Made by a program: the position numbers and the translations under genes. The notes beneath the pieces are model-generated. The model was not told the origin of the DNA and did no database searches. It saw nothing but the letters and a program-made list of their open reading frames with translations. From assembly GCF_030684315.1 (NCBI RefSeq), contig NC_081396.1, positions 496,001 to 560,000 on the forward strand: DNA of 64,000 nucleotides. The letters are read 5' to 3'. This document shows, one piece after another, positions 1-13,559 of this stretch. Source of the stretch: Stegostoma tigrinum (taxonomy: Eukaryota). Each line of letters starts with the position of its first letter. Position 1 is the first letter of the stretch.

Positions 1-204
1 ATACAGCTGCAACATAACCTCACGGCTCTTCAACTCAATTCCCCTGCCAATGAAAGCCAACACACGTGGACCCCAAGATCCGTCTGTTCCAACATACTGC
101 CAAGAATCCTGCCATTAACCCTGTATTCTGCACTCAAATTTGACATTCCAAAATGAGTCACTTCACACGTTTTGACATAGGCTCAACTTTTTTTACTTTG
201 TGTT

Positions 205-370
205 GGTTTATGTACTGAATAACAAATACCCGGGAATGAGTAACAGGGAGGAATCTAATCGAGGAATTCTAGGGTGGTTTATATACAGAGTAACAGGTAG
301 CCAGGAGTGAGTTTCAGGCAGAAATCTAATCGAGGTAGTTGTGGGTTTATATTCAGAGTGAACAATGATA
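205..370. repeat. Degenerate shark tandem satellite (~70-75 bp unit)
   Basis: Two diverged units sharing aatctaatcgagg...ggtttata. Confidence 0.7.
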
Positions 371-1989
371 CTCACAATTACTTACAATCTCTTATTGTGC
401 TGTCTACATCTTGCACAAAGTTGTAGAAGCAATACAAACATCATGTGATGCAGCATCACCTCCTCTGATAATGTGTGCTGTGTCTGATTAGCACGTTACA
501 CCGGTAGAATTAACAGTATCTCCGACAAATCCAAAGTTAAAGTTGTTTCTGTAAATGGTAAACAACATCACTTTCCAGCATTTGCCAACCCGATTAGCAT
601 CCTTTTACCAGAATTCACAGTTTTCTGTTTTATAGCCAGCTGGTTATTTATCCCACTGTTGTCCGCAGATTCACACAGTTTGGTCTTTGCAATGTAATGT
701 CATCTAGCAGGTCTTTTGTAAACGCAAGTGTGTTTCTGTATATCTATTGCATTAACCTCATGTACCCTTCCTCATACCTTTTCAAAGAATTCAATCTGGT
801 TAGTCAGGAATTTTTACTTCCATTCTGACTGCAATTTGTCATATTTATTGTTGATTTTTTTCTGTTACATTTTTCAGGAAGGGCTCCAGGACCTTTCTCA
901 CAAATTATATGAACCTTTTCTGTGTGAATGAATGTTTGTAAAAGTGTTGATGCAATTCAGCCAGACCAACAGCACCGTGTATTCTGCATTGCCCTGCACT
1001 ATTCCTTCCCTGGGTGTGCTCGCTGTTCAACGAGTTACAGAAGTGATTCAAATGTAGAATATCAGATATATGTTTATAAATTCATGGAAAAGGAATAATG
1101 TCGGAGAATGAGCAAAAAGCTGATGTGATTTGTATTTTTAAAACTGGAGACAGATTGAAACCTTCACGAATCTCTCAAGGAACTGCTCTGGCTCTCCAGA
1201 AGCACAATGATTGTTTATGATCAATGTTTGACAGATGTTCGAAACTCAGTGATAACATCAAGATTAGTTCCTTCTCCTTCCACTTCCTCTCAGAGATCAC
1301 AGTCAGGTTTAATCTGAGCAGGGGGGCCTCCCAGAGGGACTTAGTTACTAAACGGAATAAGTACATTGATACTGATATGGAAATATAATTCTGATTCTAT
1401 TCTTTGCTCCAACAGACAGGTATAGATTTACTGAAAGGTGACAGACTGGCAGAACTGAAACTAATTGCGACATTACTGTTTCAGCCCCATGTTAGAACTT
1501 ACCCCAGCCCGCAATGAACATTCGGACTTTTCTCTGAAGCATGCCCAAGGAAGGTATGGACAGGAAATTGGATTAATGTACAGAAAATGTTATCGTCCAA
1601 AGTTAAAGCTCTTAGCTTATGAAAAGAATATTCTGGAGGGAATCTATTAGTGTGGGATTGTACATAGAATGAAGGAAGTCTATAGAATCACTGTCCAAAA
1701 GTGAGGGTCCTGTAGAGAAATACAGTTACAGTGTGGGACTGTACAATGATTGATGGAACACTACGGAAACGCAGTTGCAGCAAGTGACAAAAACAGCCAA
1801 GGCATAATAAAGGATTGCGAGGATATAAGGCGTTGAAGCAGAATACCCCACAGTGTGGAATATTAATGACAGCGTGCACACACACATTAGAAGATGTCCA
1901 GAAGCACAAAATGGAAGACACAAAGAATTACCACTCCCTGCTTTGAGAAACTGCAGAGGCTTGTCTTCAGCTGAAGAATAAAGGGAAGG

Positions 1990-2570
1990 GAGACTGCACG
2001 TTTGTGCCCTGGTGCAAGACATAACTGAAGGCTAGGAATAATGGGGTACATGGGGCTCCCAAAGAGAATGTGGCACCTGCACACAGTTCAGTGGGACCTG
2101 TGTGGTTACTGGAACCAGGCAGAACTTGTTGCCGACAAGGTCCTTCATTGGGGTTGTTGATGTGGGCCAATTACGAAACCCTGACTCACCAAGAGAAACA
2201 GGGGATCTCCCAGTCCAACTGTCTGTTTTGCAGCACTGTGGAGACTGTGGACCATGTATACATTGGGTGTGGGCACTTGCATTCCCTTTTCAGTTGTCTC
2301 AAAGACCTCATTTTGTGTTTTGGCTGCTCTTCAGCCCCACAATCCTGATCTTTGGGGACCTGGTACAGTGCTGGGCGGTGGGGGTGCGGTGTGCGGGCAG
2401 GCCAGACCATTTCCTGGTGGGTCTGCTCCTGGGCCTGGCCAAGCTGGCCATTAGTAGCTCCCGGCAGCAGGCCGTGGAGGGGGTCATTGTGGCCTCCCGG
2501 ATGTCCATGGAGAAAGAGCACACAGTGTGCAACAGCGCTCTTGATATCTTTTGGGAGAGATGCGTGTGGA
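1990..2570 (+). mobile_element. Tx1/L1-clade retrotransposon ORF2 3' remnant (zinc-binding domain)
   Basis: Frameshifted CLFCSTVETVDHVYIGC...FWLLFSPTILIFG...LLLGLAKLAI, a CCHC motif of the L1/Tx1 C-terminus. Confidence 0.75.
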
Positions 2571-3859
2571 GTGCTTTATTTCCCCACAAGCTCTCTTTTG
2601 GTTTTATCTCGACCCTCCTCCTCACTTTTATCCCCCCACATAGGCATTCCCCCTGCAGGGGCTCTGCTTGACACTGATTCTTTTGTCACATGGGTATTTT
2701 GCCTGGTGGTGGTATGTTACTGAAGTTATTTGCACACCTGGTGTATTTTCCTGCCAAAAACATATATATGACGAGTAGATTAGAGTTTCCTCAGTTGTGG
2801 ACTGACTCCGAGCTGGCGACTGTGCACCAGTAAACCTGGAGATAGGACCTGGCCTCTGTGCAGTTATTTCAGACAGGCAGGTAGATACTCTGTATCTCAC
2901 CGACATTATGTTCCCTCTGAATTTGCTGTTGTGCAGGCCTGTTGATATCCACGCATCATAGTTTTATTTGTGCGGCCACATATTCAGTCAATGTGTTAAG
3001 GGAAATAACTCATGAACTGCCTTCACACTGCCGTCCAATTTGCTGCGCAGTTATGTACATGTACAATTGAGTGAAACATTTGTTCGCAAGTTACCTCATT
3101 CATGGATCTGTATCAGGAATACCAGTCCATGCTTGATCATATTAATCATATTAAATGGGGTGTGTTATTAAATAAAAACATACACAGGGAATTTGGAATC
3201 CCCTCAATTCAGGGAACTGACTCTGTACTGAGCACAATAAATGGTGACTTGCTGACAGAATACCAGCCTCTATGCAGGAATTTCAACCTGCACACAGTTT
3301 CAAGAGATAACTTACAACCAGTTGGTACCAGTCACAGACACTCAGCGAAGATTCAGGATACGTGACTGGGGTAAAACCCAGGTCTAATTCCTGAGGTCGG
3401 GGGTCAGGTCTGCACCTTCTGATCCAACAGGATATTACATTCTAATCAGAAAGTTAGGCATTTAGATCGTAATCTAATACTCTGAGGAAAATACGTTAAC
3501 TTTTTCATTCTCTCAAGAAATACATATTTACCTTCAAGTAAAATTATCCCGCTTAACTGTAGCAAAACTGTATTTTATTTAAGGTGGTTCAGACTCTGGG
3601 GAGCCAGGTTTAAACATTATGTTCGCAGTTAGAATATGTCACACGTAGGAAGATTAGTGAGAGGTAGATTGTCTGCCCAGAATGGGGCACGTAACTGTAT
3701 TTTATGTATTAAAACTATGACTATTTGTAATTTAGTGGACAGTCTTCTAACTGCTCCCCACATGAAATGAACAAACGATTTGTGTTGAGCTCAGACTGCT
3801 CAGTGTTGACTCCATTCTTGAACATCAACCACTCGACTTTTCTGGGTGAGAGATCTGGG

Positions 3860-4565
3860 TGTTCAGGTCCATTGTACCCTGAAAGTGGCAACGCAGGTCA
3901 ATCGAGTGGTCAAGAAGGCAAATGGCATGCTTTCATTCATCAGACGGGGTATTGAGTGCAAGAGTTGGCAGGTCATGTTACAGTTGTAGAGGACTTTGGT
4001 TCGGCCACATCTGGAGTACTGTGTACAGTTCTGGTCGCCACGCTACCAAAAAAGGATGTGGATGCTTTGGAGAGGGTGCAGAGGAGGTTCACCAGGATGT
4101 TGCCTGGTATGGACGGTGCTAGCTATGAAGAGAGGTTGAGTAGATTAGGATTATTTACATTAGAAAGATGGAGGTTGAGGGGGGATTTGATTGAGGTCTA
4201 CAAAATCGAGAGAGGTAAAGACAGGTGGACAGCAAGAAGCTTTTTCCTCATGGCAGGGGACACAATTACAAGGGGCCACGATTTCAAGGTGAGAGGGGAA
4301 AGGTTTAACAGAGATATGCGTGGAAAGTTCTTTACGCAGAGGCTGGTGGGTGCCTGGAACACTTTGCCAGCAGAGGTGGTAGAGGCGGGTACGATAGCAT
4401 CATTTAAGATGTATCTAGACAGATATGTGAATGGGCAGGGAGCAGAGGGATACAGATCCTTGGAAAATTGGCAACAGGATAAATAGAGGATGTGGATTGG
4501 CACAGGCTTGGAGGGCCAAAGGGCCTGTTCCTGTGCTGTAATTTTCTTTGTTCTCTTTGTTCTTT
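3860..4565 (+). mobile_element. CR1 (HER1-like) LINE 3' fragment
   Basis: ALERVQRRFTRMLPG...YEERL.RLGLFTLE...RGDLIEVYKI...TRGH...FFTQR; short tandem 3' tail. Confidence 0.88.
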
Positions 4566-4599
4566 CAGGACACTAGCTTTCTTCATTCAAATTATTAAT

Positions 4600-7500
4600 A
4601 TATATTGTCAACAATTGTGTCCCCATTACTGAACCCCGTGGCACTCTAATGCTTCTCGTTATCTATTCTGCTTGTTACCTCCTCACAGAATCCGATCAAA
4701 TACGTTAAGAAGTTAATAATTTTCCCTTTGTGAAATCATGCTCTCTCTGCTTGATCATATATTTCCGAATACTCTGCTGTTACATCTCTTATCATAGACT
4801 CTAACATTTTCCCTGATTGGCCTATCATTACCTGTTTGTTACCTTCTTTCTTTGCGAATAAAGATGTCACATTAGCAGTTTTACTAACCTGTGGGATTTT
4901 TCCAGAAACTAGGAATTCTTGGAAGATTCCTACCAGCACATCCAATATTTCTCTTGTTCCTTCTTTTAACATTCTTGTCCCATCATTTTCCCAAGCAGTT
5001 TTTCTCATCGATAGTTGTCATATTTATTCCCTCTATTCCTTTTGTCCCTTGATTATTCTGTATTGTTGGAATGTTCTTGGTATCTTCTACATTGAAGACT
5101 GATGCAAAGTATTTATTCAACTGATCTGCCATTTCCTGGTTCCCCATTCACATTTCCCCAGCCTCAGTCTCTAAGGGGCCTCTCTGTTCCTTCTTAGATA
5201 ATTAAAGAAGCCCTTGTTCGAATTATAGAGTCATACAGCACGGAAACAGACCCTTTGGTCCAACCAGTCCATGCAGAACATAATCCCAAACTAAACTAGT
5301 CCCACCTGCCTGCTTCTGGTCCACATCCCTCCAAAAATTTCCTATATTTGTATCCATCCAAACGTATTTCAAATGCTGTATTTGTATCACATCCACCACT
5401 TTCTCAGGAAGTTCATTCCACACACAAACAACCCTTTGCGATAAACATTTGCCTGCTATGTCTTTTTTTCAAGCTGTCTCCTCTCAACTTAAAAATGTGT
5501 CCCCTCATCTTCAAGTTCCCCATCTTCGGGCAAAGACAACTCCCATCCGCTTTGTATCTCTCATTGCTTTCTAAACTTCTGTCAGATCACTTCTCAACCT
5601 CGTACGCTCCAGTGAAACAAGTCCCAGCCTATCCAGACTTTCTTTCTGACTCAGACCTTCCATACCGGCAACATCCTCGTAAATCTCTTCTGAACCACCT
5701 TCACCTTGGTAATATCCTTCCTGTAACTGGCCATCCAGAACTGCACACGGTATTCTGGAAGAGGCCTCACCAAAGCCCTGTAAAACCTCTGTATAATGTT
5801 CCAACTCTTATACTCCTACACTCAAAGGATGTCCATTTTGATCTGTCAGCTGACCCTTAAAATTTCTCTCCTCCCTCTTTCTTGTTTGGACATTGAGTTT
5901 TATGATTATCCCAATCTTCCAGCTTGACCATATTCTGTGCTTTTTTCTTTCAATTTTATGCGATCTTGAACTTCCCTGGTTAACCATGCTTGGCTTATCA
6001 CATTCCTAGAACCTTTCTTTCTCACTGAGATGTACATTTGCCATGAGCCAATGAAGTGCTTTTTTAAATGTTTGACATTGTTCCGCAACCATCTTTGCTG
6101 CTACACACCTTTCCCATTCCTCTTCAACTAGCTCCACCCCCATTCCTTGGTAATTACTGTTATTTCAGTTCAGCACAATTATTTCCAAACTAAGTTTCTC
6201 CCACTCAAGTTGAATTCTACCATGTTATGGTCACTGTTCCCTCGGGAATCTTTTAATCAGATATCATTCATTAAACTTGCCTCATTACACATTACCACGT
6301 CCAAAATAGCCTAATCCTTCATTGGAGCCACAAAATATTGTTCTTGAAAACTGTCCCGAATACACTGCATGAGTTCTTCCTTGCAGGTACTTGTGCTAAT
6401 CTGACTATCCAATCACCATGAAGTTTAAAGTTGCCCATGACTAATGTACAGCCAGTATTACATGCCCTCATCATTTCCTGATTTATTCTCTATCCTGGCA
6501 AATAACCACTGTCAGGGGGCCTGTAGCTACTCCTACCAGCATCATCTTCCCCATTTTATTACTTGTCTCAACCCATATGGATTCTCCATCTTCTAATCTG
6601 AGATCATTTCTTCCTGTCATATGGATTCCATCCTGATATGACAATGCTACCCCTCCACTCTTTCCTTCCCTTCGATCCTTTTGAAAAGTCACATGGTCCT
6701 GAACGCTCAATTCCCAGCTTTAATTTCCTTGTAGCCATGTGTCCAGAACGCGACATGTTGAGACCCATAAACCCATATTGATAACGTTAATTCATCTACT
6801 TTATTCTGAATGCCATGCATATTCAAATAATGAGCCATCAATATTGTCTTTTAACTCTTTTCACCCTCCTTGGCCATAATTGCTGTTCTTTCTCCTACAT
6901 TTGCAAATTTTGCTTTTCCTGTGACTATTACTCTGGGTGTCGCTATCCAAATAGCTGCGCTGTGACGCTGCCATATCCTTTTGCTTTGGATGTCAATATT
7001 TCTGCTTCCACAAACTGCACCCACCCACCCCCATAAGTATAAAGCCCTCTATACAGCCCCACTTATTCCATTTGCCAGGACACTGGTCCCAGCACTTGTC
7101 TGGTGAAGCACGTTCCCTCTCAAACAGTTCCCTTCTATCCCTGGACTGAAGCCAGCCGGCCAGCAACTGAAACCCATTTGGCTGACCCCAATCTTTCAAC
7201 CACATGTTTAACTCCTTGACCATATTTATTCCCTATAACCGTTCTTCCACAGCTCAGGTAGTAATCCATGGATTACCACCTTGGAGATTCTGCTTTTAAT
7301 TTCGCTCCAAAATGTTCCGAAACAAACATCTTGGCAGCTGAAATATTCTGAGCAGAACATCATTCCAGATGTGTGCAATGAATATGATTCCAAAATGGAC
7401 CATGACATTCAGATTCTCCTCCACCCATTACAACATCTTCTTCAGATGTTTTTCACCATGACATGCGCCAAGTAACACAACATTGGGAACTTCCAGTCAC
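4600..7500 (-). mobile_element. Nested, decayed CR1 LINE fragments (RT 3' end, endonuclease, ORF1-like)
   Basis: Disrupted peptides such as KDRREGKSGGVAL, ESIWVE, ANVTSLF and WNELPEKVV. Confidence 0.65.
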
Positions 7501-7619
7501 AGCTGCAGAGAACAGTATCCATTCCCCCTTATTATTACTGGTCCTAGCATTCTTATCTTGCTCCTCAAGGCACCCTGCACTGCAGTGTCATGTTCAGTTC
7601 GGTGAGCTTTATGGAGTGC

Positions 7620-7930
7620 ATAAGGTAGGAAGTTAGCTGAGAGTGCACTCCAACACTCAAATATTACATGAATCACAAGTCCAGCAGCAGATGAGCTGAT
7701 GGGGCAGCTTCAGATCGTGTTCCTCATACAGAAGTGAGATGGTCTTAGTGATGGTGTGGATTGTGTGTTTGAAACTTCACCCTGGGGTCAACATCCTATT
7801 TATGAACAGACTGATTCAACCTCAGACAAAATGCTCACTTTGACACCCAAGCGACCTTGGCCCAGTGAGCTCCCCGTGTGCTGGACATTCACCACCAAGA
7901 CAGTCTGGGATCGATACACTGCCCCCCACC
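7620..7930 (-). mobile_element. L2 LINE remnant; second copy at ~8430-8569 + 9602-9780, split by a CR1 insertion
   Basis: The minus strand reads ...caccatcactaagacc...tcagctcatctgctgctg, typical of the L2 RT C-terminus. The two copies align with each other. Confidence 0.55.
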
Positions 7931-8569
7931 CACTGATTGAGGGCTATTGTCACAATGAAATAACTGTCAAGAGTGAAAGCAGAAAATGCTGGAAAAACTC
8001 AGCAGGACAGTTAGATTGTGAGCAGTGAGAAACAGGCAACATTTCAGTTAATCCACTCGTACTGGTCAAGGTGAGAGATTTAACAATCTGTGAGCAAGTG
8101 CAGACTCAGGTGAAAATTCCCACCTCATACTGTCCTCCCACATTGAAACATGTCCATTCTGTGAATAAGCATTATATACCTGCCTCTGCCCATGTCCCTT
8201 AACATGTTAAATTACAAAAAATATTCAATCTCAGCACCAACTGCTGCACATGGAAGAGAGTCTCAAATTTCAGTGATCCTTTGCATGAAGAAAACGTTCC
8301 CGCTTACACTCCTGAAACGTTTAGACTGTACACTCCAGTCCAAGGTTTCCCAACCGGTGGAACCAGTTTCTTCCAATTTACTCTGTTTCTCCTGTTAATA
8401 TCTCAAAAAACTGTCACGGCCAGGGTAATGAACTTTATGGAAGGTGTAAGCTGGGTGAGGGCGCATTTGAATCGTCACGACAAGAGATTATAAATTCACG
8501 AATGAAGGATTCAGCTGCAGATGAGCTGAGAAAGGGCAGCATCAGGTAGAAATAGTGATGGTTCAGTTT

Positions 8570-9601
8570 ACAGTAGACAATAGGTGCTGGAGTAGATCAT
8601 TCGGCCCTTTGTGCCAGCACCACCATTCATTATGATCGTGGCTGATCATCCACAACCAGTATCCTGTTCCTGCCTTATCCCCATAACCCTTGATTCCACT
8701 ATCTTTAAGAGCTCTCTCCATCTCTTTCTTGAAAGTATCCAGAGAGTTGGCCTCCACTGGCTTCTGGGGCAGAGCATTCCATGTATCCACCACTCTCTGG
8801 GTGAAGAAGTTTTTCCTCAACTCTGTTCGAAATGGCCTACCCCTTATTTTTATACTGTGTCCTCTGGTTCTGGACTCACCCATCAGCAGAAACATGCTCC
8901 CTGCCTCCAGATTGTCAAATCGCTTAATAATCTTATACGTCTCAATCAGATCCCCTCTCATCCTTCGAAACTCAAGTGTATACAAGCCCAGTCGCTCCAA
9001 TCTGTTGACATACGATAGTCCCACCATTCCGGGAATTGACCTTCTGAACCTACCCTGCACTCCCTCAATAGCAAGAATGTCCTTCCTCAAATGTGGAGAC
9101 CAAAACTGCACACAATACTCCAGGTGCAGTCTCACCAGGGCCCTGTACAGCTGCAGAAGGACCTCTTTGCTCCTATACTCAATTCCTCTTGTTCTGAAGG
9201 CCAGCATGCCATTAGCTTTCTTCACTGCCTGCTGTACCTGCATGCTTGCTTTCATTGACTGAGGTCCAAGAACACCTAGATCTCGTTGTACTTCCCCTTT
9301 ACCTAACTTGACTCCATTGAGATAGTAATCTGCCTTCCTGTTCTTGCCACCAAAGTGGATAACCACATATTTATCCCCATTAAACTGCATCTGCCATGCA
9401 TCCGTCCACTCACCTAGCCTGTCCAAATCACCCTGTATTCTCATAACATCCTCCTCACATTTCACACTGCCACCCAGCTTTGTGTCATCAGCAAATTTGC
9501 TAATATTACTCTTAATGCCTTCGTCTATATCATTAATGTATATTGTAAACAACTGCGGTCCCAGCACCGAACCTTCTGGTACCCTACTGGTCACCGCCTG
9601 C
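8570..9601 (-). mobile_element. Young 5'-truncated CR1 LINE with open RT C-terminal frame (343 aa)
   Basis: GSVLGPQLFTIYIND...KFADDTKL...LEYCVQFWSP...; flanked by CAGTTT at 8564-8569 and 9602-9607 (target duplication or microhomology). Confidence 0.92.
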
Positions 9602-10785
9602 CAGTTTGTGTGTTTGATAGTTCACCTTGGGGTCAAACGTTATACCAGGGTTGCAAAGACACTGCTTCAGCCTCAGACAGAGCTCTCATTTGCTTGCCCG
9701 GGCCATTCTAACCCAGTGGGCTCCTCCTGTGCTGTGCATTGATCACCAGCCCCCCACCGGTGTTGTTACACTGCCACCCAGTGGGCACCTTTGAAATTCG
9801 AGGAATCCGAGCCCAGTTTGTTCAATCTCTTGTTGCAGAGACAGCAGGAGCTGCCGATGCTGGAGAATCTGAGACAACAAGGTGTAGAGCTGGATGAACA
9901 CAGCAGGCCGAGCAGCATCAAAGGAGCAGGAAAGCTGATGTTTCGGGTCTCGACACTTCCTCAGAAATGCTGCTCCTTTTCTGAGCACTTGTGCCTGGGA
10001 ACAGTTCTCACAAATCCACACTGCGCTCAACCAAGGCCAATACATTCTCCTAAGATCTGGTATTCAGACTGGTTCGCAGGCACTAAAGGTGTAGTATCCA
10101 AAACCTTGATTGTAGTTGACATATGATATCTCTGATCTTCTACTCTGGTGGTCCGGATATGAAAGCCAGCATTTCAGTCCCACTTTAAACAATTTTCTGG
10201 GCCTGAATATGTCATTTCCATGATCTACATACACGGGCCTCAAGTCGCTGTTTCAGCTGGTCTCTCGTAAAAGTAGCCTGTCATATTCTTTAAGGTCCAG
10301 AATGAATGACCACACAGATTGGTTCATGTGAAAATATATGTGCTCATTTGTATTGTCCATTTACTTGATCGATAGCACTTAATTTTATCCTCCGTTTATT
10401 ACCCTTTACACAGCTTGTAATAATAACTTCACAGTATCATGTCAAATTTGGATACATGGACTTCTGTTCAGCAAGGTGTCAATGAATTTATGAGTAATTG
10501 AGGTGCCTCAACAGATCCTTGTGGACAGCACTCGTCACAGTCTATCAACAAAACTCTTTGCTGATTATTCCTCCTCTGACTCGTACTGGTCAGCCATGTT
10601 CCTAAACAGGTCAGTCACTTACTTTCAATCCTGAGACCTTTAACTTTAGCGAACCAACAGTTATGAAGTACTTCAGCAAATGCCTTAACTACCTTAGACT
10701 GATTTAATATTCTATACTTGAGACATTTCGCACATGGCTGATGAAAACACTTGTTATAAATTCAACGCTAGTGTTGTTCTGATCA

Positions 10786-11219
10786 AAGAAACAAAGAAAC
10801 CGACATCACAGGAACAGGCCCTTCGGCCCTCCAAGCCTGGGCCGATCAAGATCCTCTGTCTAACCTGTCATCTATTTTCTAAGGGTCTGTGTCCATTTGC
10901 TCCCTGCCCATCCATGTACCTGTCCAGAAACATCTTAAAAGACGCTAACGTGTCTGCGTCTACCACCTCCGCTGGCAATGCGTTCCAAGCACCCACCACC
11001 CTCTGTGTAAAGAACTTTCCACGCATATCTCCCTTAAACTTTCCTCCTCTCACTTTGAACTCATGACCCCTAGTAATTGAGTCCCCCACTCTGGGAAAAA
11101 GCTTCTTGCTATCCACCCTGTCTATACCCCTCATGATTTTGTAGACCTCAATCAGGTCCCCCCTCAATCTCCGTCTTTCTAATAAAAATAATCCTCATCT
11201 ATTCAACCTCTCTTCATAG
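10786..11219 (-). mobile_element. CR1 LINE 3' fragment
   Basis: RGDLIEVYKIMRGIDRVD...TRGH...FFTQRVVGAWNALP. Confidence 0.88.
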
Positions 11220-11689
11220 CATCAATCTGTGCTTCTCCCCATCTCCAAAGACAACTCCCCCTTCCTTTGGTGAGTTAATCATTAGGGAACAGTACAGCAG
11301 GCTGACTGTGATCTGATCAAAGGATTCAGGCTCAATGTGCTGGCAGTTGTGAAAGATGAGACATAACATCGGAGGATATGAGATAGCTGTTGAACTGTTG
11401 GAATACAAATTTGCTTATTCTGTTCATTGCAACAACAAATGCACGAAGTTAAGATAATAAAATGTCCAAACTTTGCCAGAGGAACCACAAGCAACATTCA
11501 AGGAAGAGAAACACCTCCATTCTTCAAGAACAGAGTCATCATTGCCCGTGGTTCTCAGATCATGATTGTGTGACTTCATTTGAATGTCAATAAAAGTTAC
11601 TGAATGTGTTAGTGACAATTCCAGAGTATCACATTATCCCGATAATTCTGCAGAAGTATGCACAGTATCTGTTGGGTCTCGACAAAAAC

Positions 11690-13490
11690 TCCTTTTAAAC
11701 AGTGAAATCAAACACTCTGAGGTCAGGTACAACAGACATGCGGTGATATTCAGAGTAGAACACTCTTCCTACTCTTTCGAAATGAAAGTAAAGCTCTCTC
11801 TGTATTGTCCACATCAAACACTCCCAGAATAGGTACAGCGTGGGATTACATATCGTCAGTTGGCTCAATCTCCTCGTCATCTTATCTGCGATGGAGCATA
11901 ATGATCACAGTGTGAATTCAAATCCCCCACTAACTAAGTCAGTAATCTTCTGGAATACTGAGTCCTGTTCCAGTTGCCCAATTATAGGAAAGACATCATC
12001 AAGCTGGAGAGGATTCAGAAAAGATTTAACAGGGTGTTGCTGGGTTTGGAAGTTTTGAGTTATAAGGAAGGCTGAGACCTCTTTCACTGCAGCTCAGTGA
12101 ACTTCCTGAGAAAGTGGTTGATCCAGGTACAATTATGGCTTGAAAAGACATTTGGACAGATTCATGAATGGGAAAGGTTGGGAGGGATATACGCCAGCAG
12201 GAGGCAAGTGGGACGAGTTTATTTTGGGATTTTGGTCAGCATGTACTGGTTTGATGCAAGGATCTGTTTCCATGCTGTATGACTTTATAACTGAGCTCAC
12301 TGTGATGGTTCCACCTTCACTACCTTGCTCCTTGCTTTATGTGTGGCGACCCTCATGTTATACAACCATCAGCTGTCTCTCTCTCTCTCTCTCTCTCTCT
12401 CATGAAGGAGTGGTCCTCTTCAGCTTTACTTCTCTGACAAGATTCAGAGTAAATCTCCCTCAACACTGTGCCGACTGAACTTTTCCAGGACAGGTACAGC
12501 AGGGAGTCAGAAATGGGATAAAGCTGCCTTCACAAACATTTCCAGGACAGGGCTACTAGAACATAGAACAATACAGTACAGAACAGGCCCTTCGGCCCTC
12601 AATGTTGCACCGACCTGTGAGCTCATCTAAGCCCCTCCCCTTACATTATCCCATCATCATCCATATGCTTACCCAAGGACTGTTTAAATGCCCTTAATGT
12701 GGCTGAGTTAACTACATTGGCAGGCAGGGCGTACCACACCTTTACCACTCTCTGAGTAAAGAACCTGCCTCTGACATCGGTCTTAAATCTATCACCCCTC
12801 AATTTGTAGCTATGCCCCCTTGTACAAGCTGAAGTCATCATCCTCGGAAAAAGACTCTCACTGTCCACCCTGTCTAATCCTCTCATTATCTTGTATGTCT
12901 CTATTAAATCCCCTCTTAGCCTCCTTCTCTTCAATGAGAACACATCCAAATCCCTCAGCCTTTCTTCATCAGGCCTGCGCTCCAGACCAGGCAACATCCT
13001 GGTAAATCTCCCCTGTACCTTTTCCACCGCTTCCGCATGCTTCCTGTAATGGGGTGACCAGAACTGCACGCAATATTCCAAATGAGGTGCGCTAGCGTTT
13101 TGCACAGTTGCAGCATGAACTGGATTCAAAATGAATGATTTTATTGTCATGTCTGTTTCTCGCTCTGGAGATGCTGCCTGATGATAAGTTGTTCTGATCA
13201 GGCTCTCTACAGGTTTGATTTTATTACCAGGATTCTATTAGTTCCAGAATTAAACCCCTTCTTCACTGTTTCCATTAAACACCCCGTGGATAGGTAAAGC
13301 GTGATGTTAGATACAGCATGTTGCTCCATGTACATTGTCTCTATCAAACACTCCCAAGATACAGACAAGCATGGGGTTAGATAATGTGTAAAGCTTTCTC
13401 TATACTCTTCCCATCCAAACCTGTCAGAGTAGTTATAGCATGGTTTATATCGAGTGAAGATCCCTCAATATTATGCTAGCAAAGACACGG
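11690..13490. repeat. Scattered degenerate units of a shark satellite, with a (CT)n microsatellite at ~12376-12401
   Basis: Recurring aaacactccca...ggtacagc...ttagatacag...gtaaagctc at ~11690-11860, 12440-12560 and 13275-13490. Confidence 0.55.
12558..13118 (-). mobile_element. CR1 LINE 3' fragment
   Basis: HLEYCVQFWSPHYRK...RGDLIETYKIMRGLDRVD...FFTQRVV. Confidence 0.88.
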
Positions 13491-13559
13491 CGTATGTGAA
13501 ATAGTGTACAAGTTATTGAAGGCACTAGAAATTGCAAAGGCTAAGGGATTTGACATATA

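Noticed and set aside
8563-9594. 343-aa ORF as a host gene
   Set aside because: It is a 5'-truncated CR1 reverse transcriptase with flanking duplication and no promoter or true start.
7620-9790. Apparent novel duplicated module around the young CR1
   Set aside because: Both copies resemble L2 LINE RT remnants; the CR1 simply inserted into one.
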